From: Candidatus Omnitrophota bacterium
Lineage (GTDB): Bacteria; Omnitrophota; Gorgyraeia; Zapsychrales; JBAZNR01
Direction of reading: 5' to 3'
Assembly: GCA_041649175.1 (NCBI GenBank)
Contig: JBAZNR010000002.1
Coordinates: 321,766-385,765, forward strand
DNA length: 64,000 nucleotides
Part shown: piece by piece, positions 18,447-27,986 of the stretch
How the letters are laid out: every line of letters starts with the position of its first letter
Position numbering within the stretch: the first letter of the stretch is position 1
Program-made: the position numbers and the translations under genes
The notes under the pieces: model-generated
What the model was told of the DNA's origin: nothing
Databases searched by the model: none
What the model saw: the letters and a program-made list of their open reading frames with translations, nothing else

Positions 18447-21083
18447 ATGATCGAATTATCCACGCGTTATGATCCCAAAGAAACAGAAGATAGGCTGCGC
18501 GCCTACTGGGAAAAGAATAATTTATTCCACGCTAGGCCCAATCCCGATAAAAAGCCATTTACCATCGTCATCCCGCCGCCCAATGTCACCGGCATTTTGC
18601 ATATGGGCCACGCGCTCAATAATACTTTGCAAGATATCCTCATTCGCTATAAGCGCATGAAAGGATTTGAAGCGCTTTGGATGCCCGGCACCGATCACGC
18701 CGGCATTGCCACCCAGAACGTCGTCGAAAAACAGATAGCCAAAGAAGGAAAACGCCGTCAAGATCTAGGCCGAGAAGAATTCCTTAAGAAACTTTGGGAG
18801 TGGAAACAGCAATACGGCGATACCATCATTCATCAGCTTAAAAAACTCGGAGCTTCCTGTGACTGGGAGCGTACGCGTTTTACCATGGATGATGAATACA
18901 GCAAATCCGTACGCCATGTATTCGTTGAACTTTATAAAAAAGATTTAATTTACCGCGGACAATATATCATCAACTGGTGCCCGCGCTGCCAAACAGCCCT
19001 TTCCGACGAAGAAGCCCAACACAAAGAAACACAAGGATCGCTTTACCATATTCGCTATCCCTTCAAAGACAGTCCTGACGAATACGTCACGGTCGCTACA
19101 ACCCGTCCAGAAACCATGCTCGGCGACACCGCCGTTGCCGTTAATCCCAAAGACAAGCGATATAAAAAATGGATCGGGAAGATCCTTATTTTGCCTTTGA
19201 TGAATCGTGAAATAAAAATCATTGCCGACGATCTTGTTGATAAAAAATTCGGCACCGGCGCAGTGAAAGTCACTCCCGCCCATGACCCGAACGATTTCAT
19301 TATGGGACAAAAGCACAAATTAGAATTTATCAATATTATGCACGCGGATGCCCGGCTTAACAATAATGCCGGACAATTTAGCGGTTTAGATCGATTTAAA
19401 GCAAGGGAAGCCGTCATTGAAGCCCTTAAAGAAAAAAATCTTTTAGAGAAAATTGAACCGCACCAGCATGCCGTCGGGCATTGCTACCGCTGTCATACGG
19501 TTGTTGAGCCATATCTTTCCAAGCAATGGTTCGTCAAAATGAAACCACTGGCCAAACCGGCTATTGAAGCGGTCAAAAAAGGGAAGATCAAGTTTTATCC
19601 CAGCCGCTGGACCAAGGTTTATCTTAATTGGATGACGGAAATCCGCGATTGGTGCATTTCACGGCAGATCTGGTGGGGACATCGTATTCCGGTTTGGTAT
19701 TGTCAAGATTGCCCGGAAGATAAAAATATTATTGTTTCTGAAAATACGCCGCAATCTTGCCCGAAATGCCGATCAACGAACCTCATCCAGGACGAGGATG
19801 TTTTAGATACTTGGTTTTCATCATGGCTTTGGCCTTTTGCTACTTTCGATTGGCCCAAGAAAAATGAAGACCTCAAATACTTCTACCCAACATCCACTTT
19901 ATTGACCGCTCCGGAAATTATATTCTTTTGGGTAGCGCGAATGATCATGGCCGGAATAGAATTTATGGGAGATATTCCATTTTCTAAAGTTTATCTGCAC
20001 GGAACCGTGCGCGATGCCAAGGGGCAAAAAATGTCAAAATCCCTCGGCAACGCCATTGATCCCCTGGAAATCATTAATGAATACGGAACCGACGCGCTGC
20101 GTTTTAGCCTTATCGTCAATGCCGGGCAAGACCTCTACATTTCCAAAGAAAAATTTGAAATCGGACGAAATTTCGCCAATAAGATCTGGAATGCTACGCG
20201 TTTGATTTTGATGAATATTCCTGATTCCAGACAAAGCAGCAGCACCGCCCAAACTTTCAACATCAAAGACCTTGATCTTCCGTCCCGATGGATTTTAGTT
20301 CAACTCGACATCACAATCAAAGGAGTTGAAAAAGCGCTTGAGAATTACCGATTCTCCGAAGCAGAAAGCCTCATCTATGATTTCTTTTGGAAAAACTTCT
20401 GCGATTGGTATTTGGAAATCTCCAAAGAAAAACTTAACGACAAAACCACGCGATCAGTTGCTTTGTTCGTCCTTGAGCGATCTTTAAAAATTATTCACCC
20501 CTTTATGCCTTTTGTGACCGAAGAGATCTGGCAGAAAATAAAAGGCAGTGAGCAATCGCTGGTCATCAGTTCTTGGCCAAAAATCGATAAAGATCTTGTC
20601 GATAAAAAAGGCGCGAATTCCATGCAGGTGTTGATCGATCTCATCACGGCCATTCGCACCAGCCGCGCGCAATGGAACATCGATCAAGCCTCAAAAACAG
20701 ATTGTACTTTAGTTGCTTTAGATTCAAAAACCCGCAACCTCTTTAAAGAAAATTCTTCCGTGGTCAAAACACTGGGCAAAATAGAAAATCTTTCCATTGA
20801 AGAAGATTTTCAGCGGTCAAAAAATACCGCCGCTGGAATTGTCGAGCAAATAAAGTTTTTTATCCCACTTTCCGGAATTATTGATATTGAAAAAGAAAAA
20901 GCCAGAATCCAAAAGCAAGTCACAGAACAAGAAGCCGCTTTAAAAAATCTTTCCGCGCGCCTCAATAACAAGGAATTCACTCAAAAAGCCCCCGCAGAAG
21001 TCGTGGCAAAAGAAAAAGAGCGCTCCGCAATCCTTCAAAAGCAAGTGATCACGCTCAAAAAAGCTCTCGCCGAATCCGCCTAA
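18447..21083 (+). CDS. valS: Valine--tRNA ligase
   Basis: HMGH and KMSKS motifs, 878 aa, C-terminal coiled coil. Confidence 0.92.
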   Translation: MIELSTRYDPKETEDRLRAYWEKNNLFHARPNPDKKPFTIVIPPPNVTGILHMGHALNNTLQDILIRYKRMKGFEALWMPGTDHAGIATQNVVEKQIAKEGKRRQDLGREEFLKKLWEWKQQYGDTIIHQLKKLGASCDWERTRFTMDDEYSKSVRHVFVELYKKDLIYRGQYIINWCPRCQTALSDEEAQHKETQGSLYHIRYPFKDSPDEYVTVATTRPETMLGDTAVAVNPKDKRYKKWIGKILILPLMNREIKIIADDLVDKKFGTGAVKVTPAHDPNDFIMGQKHKLEFINIMHADARLNNNAGQFSGLDRFKAREAVIEALKEKNLLEKIEPHQHAVGHCYRCHTVVEPYLSKQWFVKMKPLAKPAIEAVKKGKIKFYPSRWTKVYLNWMTEIRDWCISRQIWWGHRIPVWYCQDCPEDKNIIVSENTPQSCPKCRSTNLIQDEDVLDTWFSSWLWPFATFDWPKKNEDLKYFYPTSTLLTAPEIIFFWVARMIMAGIEFMGDIPFSKVYLHGTVRDAKGQKMSKSLGNAIDPLEIINEYGTDALRFSLIVNAGQDLYISKEKFEIGRNFANKIWNATRLILMNIPDSRQSSSTAQTFNIKDLDLPSRWILVQLDITIKGVEKALENYRFSEAESLIYDFFWKNFCDWYLEISKEKLNDKTTRSVALFVLERSLKIIHPFMPFVTEEIWQKIKGSEQSLVISSWPKIDKDLVDKKGANSMQVLIDLITAIRTSRAQWNIDQASKTDCTLVALDSKTRNLFKENSSVVKTLGKIENLSIEEDFQRSKNTAAGIVEQIKFFIPLSGIIDIEKEKARIQKQVTEQEAALKNLSARLNNKEFTQKAPAEVVAKEKERSAILQKQVITLKKALAESA

Positions 21084-21123
21084 CCTCTTTAAATGCTAAG
21101 GCTTAAATAGTTCAATCTCCGCT

Positions 21124-21151
21124 TGAAAATATGTTATACTTTAACTAAGAT
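21124..21151 (+). promoter_or_regulatory. Possible promoter TTGAAA-16-TAAGAT upstream of the riboswitch-like element
   Basis: Read from sequence. The -10 is weak. Confidence 0.3.
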
Positions 21152-21154
21152 AAT

Positions 21155-21275
21155 TAAAGGCAAACTGTTCGAAAGAACGGGGCATCTCGCGCAACAAGCG
21201 AGATCTTCATCGTGAGGATGAGGGCAAAGCCACAGGTCTAAAACCTGAAATTAAGGGAACGACAGCTGGGTTGCA
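21155..21275 (+). promoter_or_regulatory. Candidate c-di-GMP-I (GEMM) riboswitch aptamer
   Basis: GGCAAACUGUUCGAAAG, GGGCAAAGCC, CAGGUCUAAAACCUG and GACAGCUGGGUUGC blocks align with the V. cholerae Vc2 GEMM sequence recalled from memory. An extra hairpin of about 35 nt is inserted after the first hairpin. Confidence 0.5.
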
Positions 21276-21323
21276 TTATCTTAAACCGAAACATAAAAAT
21301 ATTCGGATCTTAAGAACGCATCC

Positions 21324-21356
21324 ATCCTGTCGACAATTGGCAGGATTTTTTATTTT
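21324..21356 (+). terminator. Putative riboswitch expression-platform terminator (atcctg...caggat + U-tract) just upstream of the pilin ATG
   Basis: 6-bp stem followed by ttttttatttt, 8 nt before ATG 21364. Confidence 0.4.
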
Positions 21357-21363
21357 AAAGAAA

Positions 21364-21753
21364 ATGAAATTACCAAAACTAAATAAACGCGGTTTAAGCT
21401 TGGCAGAGCTTCTGGTAGCAGTTTTTATTCTGGCCATCGGCGTTTTGAGCGCTGTTATGTTTTTCGCGAATGCCATTGCATCAACCGAATTCGCTAACAA
21501 TATTACCATCGCAACATCGCACGCGGAGCATATCCTAGAAGAAATGAGAACGCGCAGTTCTTTGTCAAACATTACATCAACAAACTGGAGCACCTGGGGA
21601 CAGGACGACGGGATGATAACTTTGCCAAGTGAGACGATCAGTGTCACCTATACTAATCCCTTGGCTAACCCCCTGGAAGCCGCAGTAGCTATTGGCTGGA
21701 CAAAAAGCGGACGAACGAGCAATGTTACTATGACAACACGGATAACGAAATGA
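21364..21753 (+). CDS. Type IV pilin-like protein (class III signal peptide)
   Basis: N-terminal KRG|LSLAELLVAVFILAIGV, with Glu at +5 after the predicted prepilin-peptidase cut site. Confidence 0.7.
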   Translation: MKLPKLNKRGLSLAELLVAVFILAIGVLSAVMFFANAIASTEFANNITIATSHAEHILEEMRTRSSLSNITSTNWSTWGQDDGMITLPSETISVTYTNPLANPLEAAVAIGWTKSGRTSNVTMTTRITK

Positions 21754-22241
21754 AATTACGAAATATTCATGCTCTAACATTAGTTGAGGTTATGGTCACC
21801 ACGGGAATTCTCGCGGTAATCATCATTGCTTTACAAACAGTTTTTACGACGGGAAATATGTCCTGGCAGACATTTGAAGGAAAGGTAACAGCCCAAAGGC
21901 AGGCAAGATTAGCGCTTATGGCAATGTCTCAGGAATTACGCGAAGCAAGCAATATTTCCCGAACAGAAACCGCAAGCAGTGTGTCATTTACATTTTCGCG
22001 TGAAGGTGTCGGAACGGTTGTTTACAGTTGGACAACAACCGGAAATGACGCAGGAAAACTTTTAAGAACAGCGGATGGGACAACACGGACATTGGCATCG
22101 GATATTTCGACTCTTTCGATTCTTCCGATACCCGATGTTGCAGACCCAACGACTATTACGATAAATTTAACGGCAACAAAACAGATGTCGAACGGACAAA
22201 TAAGTAGTGTTGCTTTAAAAGAGAAGATCGCTTTACGCTAG
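21750..22241 (+). CDS. Minor pilin / pseudopilin-like protein
   Basis: N-terminal HA|LTLVEVMVTTGILAV prepilin-like segment. 4-nt overlap with the upstream pilin gene. Confidence 0.5.
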   Translation: MKLRNIHALTLVEVMVTTGILAVIIIALQTVFTTGNMSWQTFEGKVTAQRQARLALMAMSQELREASNISRTETASSVSFTFSREGVGTVVYSWTTTGNDAGKLLRTADGTTRTLASDISTLSILPIPDVADPTTITINLTATKQMSNGQISSVALKEKIALR

Positions 22242-22253
22242 TTAAAAAAGGCG

Positions 22254-23435
22254 GTGACTATGTTTACAAAATTAAAAAGCAATAAGGGAGTAGCCCTCAT
22301 TACGGCCTATATCGTCATTGCTTCACTGATCACGCTATCGGCCGGATTCGCGCTTTCGTCTGTCACCGAGCTTAACAATGCAAAGCGCTACAATAACTCA
22401 ACAAAAGCTTTTTGGCTTGCCGAATCCGCAGTCAACGAATTTATCCATAACACAGATATGCTTGGCGCTGGCAGCACAACAACCTTAACCATCGGAGGAT
22501 ATCCGGTCGTTTTAACAAAAGACGATTCAAATCCAAACCGGCGCCTGGTGACAGCTACCGCAACTATTGGCAGCAGCCAACGAAGCATTCAAATTGAATT
22601 TCCGGCATTGCCGCCGAATATCTTTAACCACACCATTGCCTCAGGTGGAAATTTTACCGCTGTCGGCGCAAGCTGGCGTTATTCAAACCTTAACGTCCAT
22701 GACGAGACGAGACTCCACGGAACATTTCAAAACAGCGCTTTTCACCTTAACGCAAACTTCGAGGATAAACTGGAGAACCAGCTAGTCGCTAATACAAAAT
22801 TAACTTATCCGGACATGAACGGCAATAGCGTTCCGGATGAATTTGCCGATTTTGTTGAGTATAACCGGGATATCGCCGCTTCTTATCCGACGAGCGAAGT
22901 CATCTATGTTACTCCGGCAAACGGAGAAACTGTTGTTGTCTATCCACATGCCGAAGTAGAGGACGAGCCGGTAACGGGCAAGAAAATCCTTTACGTAGAA
23001 GGCAGCGCTCCAGGGCAAGGAGATGTTGAAATATGGTTTGACGCAAACGGCTGGAACGATAATGAAGACCTCACAATTATTTCCACCGGAACCGTTAGCT
23101 ACGTGGAGCCCCTTGACGGCGTTGCCAATAACTCGCATCTTAATGTAATTGCTTGGGAAAATTATAATCAAGGCTCTATTTTGGTCGCCCGACATTCCGG
23201 ATCCCTTTACTCGCATGGAACAGCTAATTTTACCGAAATTCTTTCTTCCTCAGAAACAGAAGGAAATCTTATTGCCAACAACGGGATCAGTTTTACAGAA
23301 TGGCTCCAAACAACAAAAGATTTTCAATACGTGAGCCCCATTGTTAACGGTGAAGTGCCCGCGGGCTTTGAAGGTTTGGTCGGAGGGGCAGCCCCAGGAT
23401 ATTCATCAACCCCTAATTCTTGGAAAGAAATATAA
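22254..23435 (+). CDS. PilX-N domain minor pilin-like protein
   Basis: KSNKGVALITAYIVIASLITLSAGFALSSVTELNNAKRY ... AFWLAESAVNE matches the PilX_N pattern. Confidence 0.5.
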   Translation: MTMFTKLKSNKGVALITAYIVIASLITLSAGFALSSVTELNNAKRYNNSTKAFWLAESAVNEFIHNTDMLGAGSTTTLTIGGYPVVLTKDDSNPNRRLVTATATIGSSQRSIQIEFPALPPNIFNHTIASGGNFTAVGASWRYSNLNVHDETRLHGTFQNSAFHLNANFEDKLENQLVANTKLTYPDMNGNSVPDEFADFVEYNRDIAASYPTSEVIYVTPANGETVVVYPHAEVEDEPVTGKKILYVEGSAPGQGDVEIWFDANGWNDNEDLTIISTGTVSYVEPLDGVANNSHLNVIAWENYNQGSILVARHSGSLYSHGTANFTEILSSSETEGNLIANNGISFTEWLQTTKDFQYVSPIVNGEVPAGFEGLVGGAAPGYSSTPNSWKEI

Positions 23436-23441
23436 ACTCTT

Positions 23442-23963
23442 ATGATTAAGAAAGTTATTTTATTTACGGTGGCCGGCCTTTTCTTTGTCCTGACCATCAA
23501 TTTTTTTCTTTCCCGCATGCTCGAATCTCACCTAGACAAGCCGGTCAGCGTCAAGAATCGTGACGCGTCAAAACCAAACAATGAGGAGCCCGTTAAAGTA
23601 AAATCTCAAAAAAGAAAACTTGTTCCTGTTGACCCGAAAAAATACGGCTTTGAAGTCCGTTCAAAAGAGAATGCTCCTCGAACACAATTAGAATGGGACA
23701 TACAGGTTGAGAAAATTACCGAAAAATCTGGATTGCTCAAAAATAAAAAAATCAAAGACGCTATCAAAGAATCCCCATCAACCATAGAGCAATATCAAAA
23801 GAATGTCGATGCTTTTGATGAAAGGATCAAATATTACGAAGAGCTCAAGCACAGCAATCCGAGCGATCAACAAGCCGAAGAAATGTTGCAGAACTTATAC
23901 CGTCTGAAATCCGTGTCAAAAGTGTTAGAAAAGGACATTTCCTCTTCCGTCACCGCACCGTAA
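23442..23963 (+). CDS. Hypothetical membrane-anchored protein (N-terminal TM, charged coiled C-terminus)
   Basis: ORF only. Lies in the pilin operon context. Confidence 0.3.
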   Translation: MIKKVILFTVAGLFFVLTINFFLSRMLESHLDKPVSVKNRDASKPNNEEPVKVKSQKRKLVPVDPKKYGFEVRSKENAPRTQLEWDIQVEKITEKSGLLKNKKIKDAIKESPSTIEQYQKNVDAFDERIKYYEELKHSNPSDQQAEEMLQNLYRLKSVSKVLEKDISSSVTAP

Positions 23964-24046
23964 GAAATCTGATAGTAATAACTTTCTCAGCAAAAAAATA
24001 TAAGTTATTTCAGAGCTGCTTATGTTTCCGGCTAAAGAGAATTGTC

Positions 24047-24075
24047 TTGAAACAGCCCCTTCGCGATATTATAAT
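24047..24075 (+). promoter_or_regulatory. Near-consensus promoter TTGAAA-17-TATAAT ending about 10 nt before the nadC ATG (leaderless or near-leaderless mRNA)
   Basis: Read from sequence. The -10 ends at 24075 and the ATG is at 24085. Confidence 0.45.
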
Positions 24076-24084
24076 CAAACATCT

Positions 24085-24948
24085 ATGAAGAATAAAAATC
24101 TGGGCTTTTACGTCGACAACTTAATATCTCTGGCATTAAGAGAAGATGCCGGTCGAAATGATTTAACCACCAATGCCTTGATCCCAAGAAATCAGGTCTC
24201 AAAAGCCTATATCGTCGTTAAAGAAAAATCTATTATTTTCGGGCTGAACATTGCCAAGAAAATATTCAGGAAACTTGATCCCCACATGCAAATTCACGTG
24301 CCACATAAAGACGGAACGCTTGTTTCTCCAGGAAAAAGAATTCTTTTCTTAAAAGGAAGGACCCGCGCGATCTTAACGGGGGAACGAGCTGCGCTGAATT
24401 TTCTAGCTCATCTATCTGCCATCGCGACAAAAACACATTCTTTTGTTGTCAAAGTTCGGCCGTTTAAAGTCCAGATCATGGACACTCGAAAAACAACACC
24501 CGGGTTAAGAACGCTAGAGAAAGAAGCCGTGCGGTGTGGTGGTGGCATCAATCATCGTATTGGTTTATCTGACCTTATTCTTATCAAGGACAATCATATT
24601 GCCGCATGCCACAGGCAAAGAAAATCCATCCAAGAGATCATGCGCCAAATTAAGGCTAAAACTCGTAAACCTATTGAAATTGAAGTTCAGAACTTATCAC
24701 AATTTAACGAAGCCCTTAAGGCAAAACCAGATATAATATTGCTGGATAATATGAGCCTGCGGGCCATGAAGCAAGCCATTGCTTCAATAAAGAAACTTCC
24801 TAAAAAAAATCGGCCGCAGGTCGAGGCATCAGGGAACATAGACTTAGACAATGTTCGCTCAGTCGCAAAAATCGGTGTTGAGCGCATTTCGATCGGCGCG
24901 CTCACGCACACAAAGAAATCAATTGATATGTCACTGGAGCTGATTTAG
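24085..24948 (+). CDS. nadC: Nicotinate-nucleotide pyrophosphorylase (quinolinate phosphoribosyltransferase)
   Basis: ALREDAG, TGERAALNFL, MDTRKTTPGLR ... IKDNHI motifs. Confidence 0.85.
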   Translation: MKNKNLGFYVDNLISLALREDAGRNDLTTNALIPRNQVSKAYIVVKEKSIIFGLNIAKKIFRKLDPHMQIHVPHKDGTLVSPGKRILFLKGRTRAILTGERAALNFLAHLSAIATKTHSFVVKVRPFKVQIMDTRKTTPGLRTLEKEAVRCGGGINHRIGLSDLILIKDNHIAACHRQRKSIQEIMRQIKAKTRKPIEIEVQNLSQFNEALKAKPDIILLDNMSLRAMKQAIASIKKLPKKNRPQVEASGNIDLDNVRSVAKIGVERISIGALTHTKKSIDMSLELI

Positions 24949-24951
24949 GCT

Positions 24952-25620
24952 ATGAGAAATAAAGTCATTTTCACTTTGTGCTGTTTTTTATTCCTTTCTT
25001 CTGGCGTAAAAACATCTTTCGCTCAAGAGACCGAGCAATATACGCTTTTTGACGACAAAAGTCTCCTAGAAGGCTACGCCAAGAAAAATGAGCAAAAATC
25101 AAAAGAGATCCTTTTGGCGATGATCAAAGACGATAGCCTTTCTCCCTACGAATGCGCTGCCGCCGTGCGTGTATTAAAAAATACTTTCTCTCAGGAAATT
25201 TTTGGCGCCGAAAAGAAATCCGTCGAAAAAACCCTAATCTACCGGCTCAACCATACTGACTCTAGCTTTGTTCAAGTGGAGATCATGCATACGCTCTGTC
25301 TGATGGATCGCTACCAATACTTTAACTCCATGGTCCCTTTACTTATTCAGTCCTTAGACCACTATAATAAAGTCGTTAACGAAATAGCCTATAACAGCCT
25401 TGATCACTTAATTAAAACGGGGCATAGCCGTCCGCGTGAAGCCAGAATTGTTTTCAATACGCTACGGAAAATATTCTTCCTATCTCGAAAGAAATTAAAA
25501 GACCTTAAAGAGCCCGGAACAAAATTAAAACAAAAACTAGAATTATTGCGCTGGTCAGTAAAGATCCTCGGGAACCAGGAATTAAGAAAACTTCCGCCTG
25601 AGATCATTAATTTTCTCTAA
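24952..25620 (+). CDS. Hypothetical secreted protein (signal peptide, helical repeats)
   Basis: ORF with N-terminal signal-like segment. No motif recognised. Confidence 0.3.
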   Translation: MRNKVIFTLCCFLFLSSGVKTSFAQETEQYTLFDDKSLLEGYAKKNEQKSKEILLAMIKDDSLSPYECAAAVRVLKNTFSQEIFGAEKKSVEKTLIYRLNHTDSSFVQVEIMHTLCLMDRYQYFNSMVPLLIQSLDHYNKVVNEIAYNSLDHLIKTGHSRPREARIVFNTLRKIFFLSRKKLKDLKEPGTKLKQKLELLRWSVKILGNQELRKLPPEIINFL

Positions 25621-25632
25621 AAGGAGAGAGCC

Positions 25633-26022
25633 ATGAACACAACGAATCAGACAGAATCTAATGACGAGTTGATCGCAGAGCGAAGAAAATTTGTCCGCTT
25701 GAATGTCAATGTTGACATCAACTATACGGTGGTTTCCAGCTCGGGAGGTTCTCAAAAAGGGCGATCACGCAATATCGGAGCAGGGGGAATATGCCTCTTG
25801 ATCAACACGGAAGTTCATGCCGGGGACCTTGTAAAGCTCGACATTTCGCTTCCCGATGACCCTCCCACAATTTCTGCGAACGGCCGGATTGCTTGGGTCA
25901 AACCCTTCACGGTCGCCAGCGAAAAAAATAAACGTTACGACGCCGGCATTGAGTTTACGGATATCAGCGATGATGACCGAAAAAAAATCAATAAATACGT
26001 ATTTAGCCTGAAACTCGGCTAA
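25633..26022 (+). CDS. Stand-alone PilZ domain protein (paralog 3)
   Basis: ERRKFVRL and RNIGAGG motifs, 129 aa. Confidence 0.65.
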   Translation: MNTTNQTESNDELIAERRKFVRLNVNVDINYTVVSSSGGSQKGRSRNIGAGGICLLINTEVHAGDLVKLDISLPDDPPTISANGRIAWVKPFTVASEKNKRYDAGIEFTDISDDDRKKINKYVFSLKLG

Positions 26023-26041
26023 TTTTTCTTTAGATCTTATT

Positions 26042-27865
26042 GTGAAAATCGCAAAATCAACATGGGCCATCTTTATTGCTGCCGCAATTGCCTGCGGCGC
26101 TTGCTGGTTCTCATTTAGTTATCCGCAATTTTCATCCGCTAATTTTTCTGTCAATCGAAGCCAGGCTCTTGCCATTGCAAAAAACTACTTATCGGAAAAT
26201 TATTCGCTTGAGGCATCAAATTATAAAACCGCGGTTATTTTCTATGTCGATACGGACGCCGACCGCTACTTGCAAAAATCTCTGGGCTTTAAAGAAGAAC
26301 AAAAATTCATCTCCGAGCATCAATTCGATCTTTTCTTATGGGCGGTCCGATTCTTTAAAGAAAATGAAAAAGAAGAATTCCGCTTTGCCGTAAGCGCTGC
26401 TACCGGTGAGATCGCTTCCTTTACCCGATTCATCAGCGACACCGAATACCGTGATCCAACAACAGAAGAAACGGCAAAGAAACGCGCTATCCAATTCCTA
26501 AAAGAAAAATTCAATTTCGAAGAAGGTAATTATACCGTTCATCAAAGCCGGGAGCAAAAATACGACCATCGCACCGATTATGGTTTTTCCTGGGAGAAAA
26601 ATGATGTTTACGTTCCCTGGGGCAAAGAACCTGGCTTAGGCGGAGCAAAGCTTCTGATCGGCGCAACTATCTCCGGAAACGAAGTTCTTTCTTTTACAAA
26701 AAACCAACTAGAAATTCCGGAAAAATTTTCCCGTCATATTAAGCGACAGCAGCACACCGGAGAAAATCTCTCCGTTCTTTTTACAATTTTTTATATTGCG
26801 CTTCTAACCGCCTCAACATTTTTGGTCGTTCTCCGGCGTAACCACGCCGCGCTTTCCACCACAAAGAATTTCTTTATCGCATCAGCTGTTATTCTCTTTT
26901 TTCTATCACTTTTTGACTTTCTCAACAATCTTCAGGCCTTACTTTTTCAATACCAAACAACGGCATCATTGTCATCTTACTTCTGGCAATATAGCTTTGG
27001 TTTCTTGGTAAAAATATTCTTCATTGCCATTGCTATTTTAATGCCGGGGCTAGCCGGAGAATCTCTGCGCCACGAGATCTATCCTAAAAAAATTCAGGGA
27101 TCTTTTTCCCATTATCTTTTGTCAACCTTTTGGTCGCGATCAGTTTTTTCTCTGATCATTCTGGGATATTTAGCCGCCATCATTATGGCCGGCATCCAGT
27201 CTTCGGCTTTTCATTTGGGACAAAAATACCTTGGCGTGTGGATCGAGCGAACATGGCTAACGCAACTCTCAACCGCCTACTGGCCTTTCTTTTCAGCTTT
27301 AGCGATCGCGTTTCGGGCAAGCATTGTGGAAGAAATAACATTCCGAATATTTGCCATTCATTGGATCAAAAAAATTACGGGGAATATTTTCTTAGCGGTC
27401 ATTCTCGCATCAACGATTTGGGGGTTTGGACACACGCTTTATCCGGTTTTTCCCATGTGGTTTCGGGGAATAGAAGTAGCTCTCATGGGATTGTTTCTAT
27501 CTTATGTTTATTTGAACTTCGGCATTATTCCCGTGCTTGTCGCTCACTATGTTTTTGATGTCTTCTGGGGATCTGCGGATTTTCTTCTGGGAAAGTCGCA
27601 GCCGGTTGATTTTTATTCTTCACTTGCCATTCTGGCACTGCCACTTCTCCTTGGCATTGCGGCACTTATCCTTAATAAAGAAGAACGAGAACGAGCTATT
27701 GTATGGCGGCTCAACAAACATCAGCTTTATAATCTCGGGGTTTTGAAAACCTTTCTAGAAAATAACTCTACACCAAAACCATCTGAAGAAATTCGCCAAG
27801 AACTCATTACTCATGGATGGGATGCCGTAGTCATTGAAAAAGCTTTGGAAAGCGTTAAAAAATAG
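26042..27865 (+). CDS. CPBP-family (CAAX/Abi) intramembrane protease with large N-terminal external domain
   Basis: Motifs SIVEEITFR (EExxxR), FGHTLYP (FxxxH) and HYVFD (HxxxD) within a multi-TM C-terminal domain. Confidence 0.6.
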   Translation: MKIAKSTWAIFIAAAIACGACWFSFSYPQFSSANFSVNRSQALAIAKNYLSENYSLEASNYKTAVIFYVDTDADRYLQKSLGFKEEQKFISEHQFDLFLWAVRFFKENEKEEFRFAVSAATGEIASFTRFISDTEYRDPTTEETAKKRAIQFLKEKFNFEEGNYTVHQSREQKYDHRTDYGFSWEKNDVYVPWGKEPGLGGAKLLIGATISGNEVLSFTKNQLEIPEKFSRHIKRQQHTGENLSVLFTIFYIALLTASTFLVVLRRNHAALSTTKNFFIASAVILFFLSLFDFLNNLQALLFQYQTTASLSSYFWQYSFGFLVKIFFIAIAILMPGLAGESLRHEIYPKKIQGSFSHYLLSTFWSRSVFSLIILGYLAAIIMAGIQSSAFHLGQKYLGVWIERTWLTQLSTAYWPFFSALAIAFRASIVEEITFRIFAIHWIKKITGNIFLAVILASTIWGFGHTLYPVFPMWFRGIEVALMGLFLSYVYLNFGIIPVLVAHYVFDVFWGSADFLLGKSQPVDFYSSLAILALPLLLGIAALILNKEERERAIVWRLNKHQLYNLGVLKTFLENNSTPKPSEEIRQELITHGWDAVVIEKALESVKK

Positions 27866-27902
27866 GGTAAGACAAATATCTAGTAAAATTTTACTATTTT
27901 TC

Positions 27903-27930
27903 TTGCAAAGATGGGTTCGTCTGTTATAAT
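27903..27930 (+). promoter_or_regulatory. Promoter TTGCAA-16-TATAAT upstream of the Mo-hydroxylase operon
   Basis: Read from sequence. Confidence 0.45.
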
Positions 27931-27986
27931 TCTCACGTTAATAAAGCCGTAAATCATCGTAACCCATTGGGAAAGGATAAATAAGG

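Noticed and set aside
24022-24084. Longer nadC start at 24022
   Set aside because: A strong promoter lies inside this extension and the ATG at 24085 gives a canonical NadC N-terminus.
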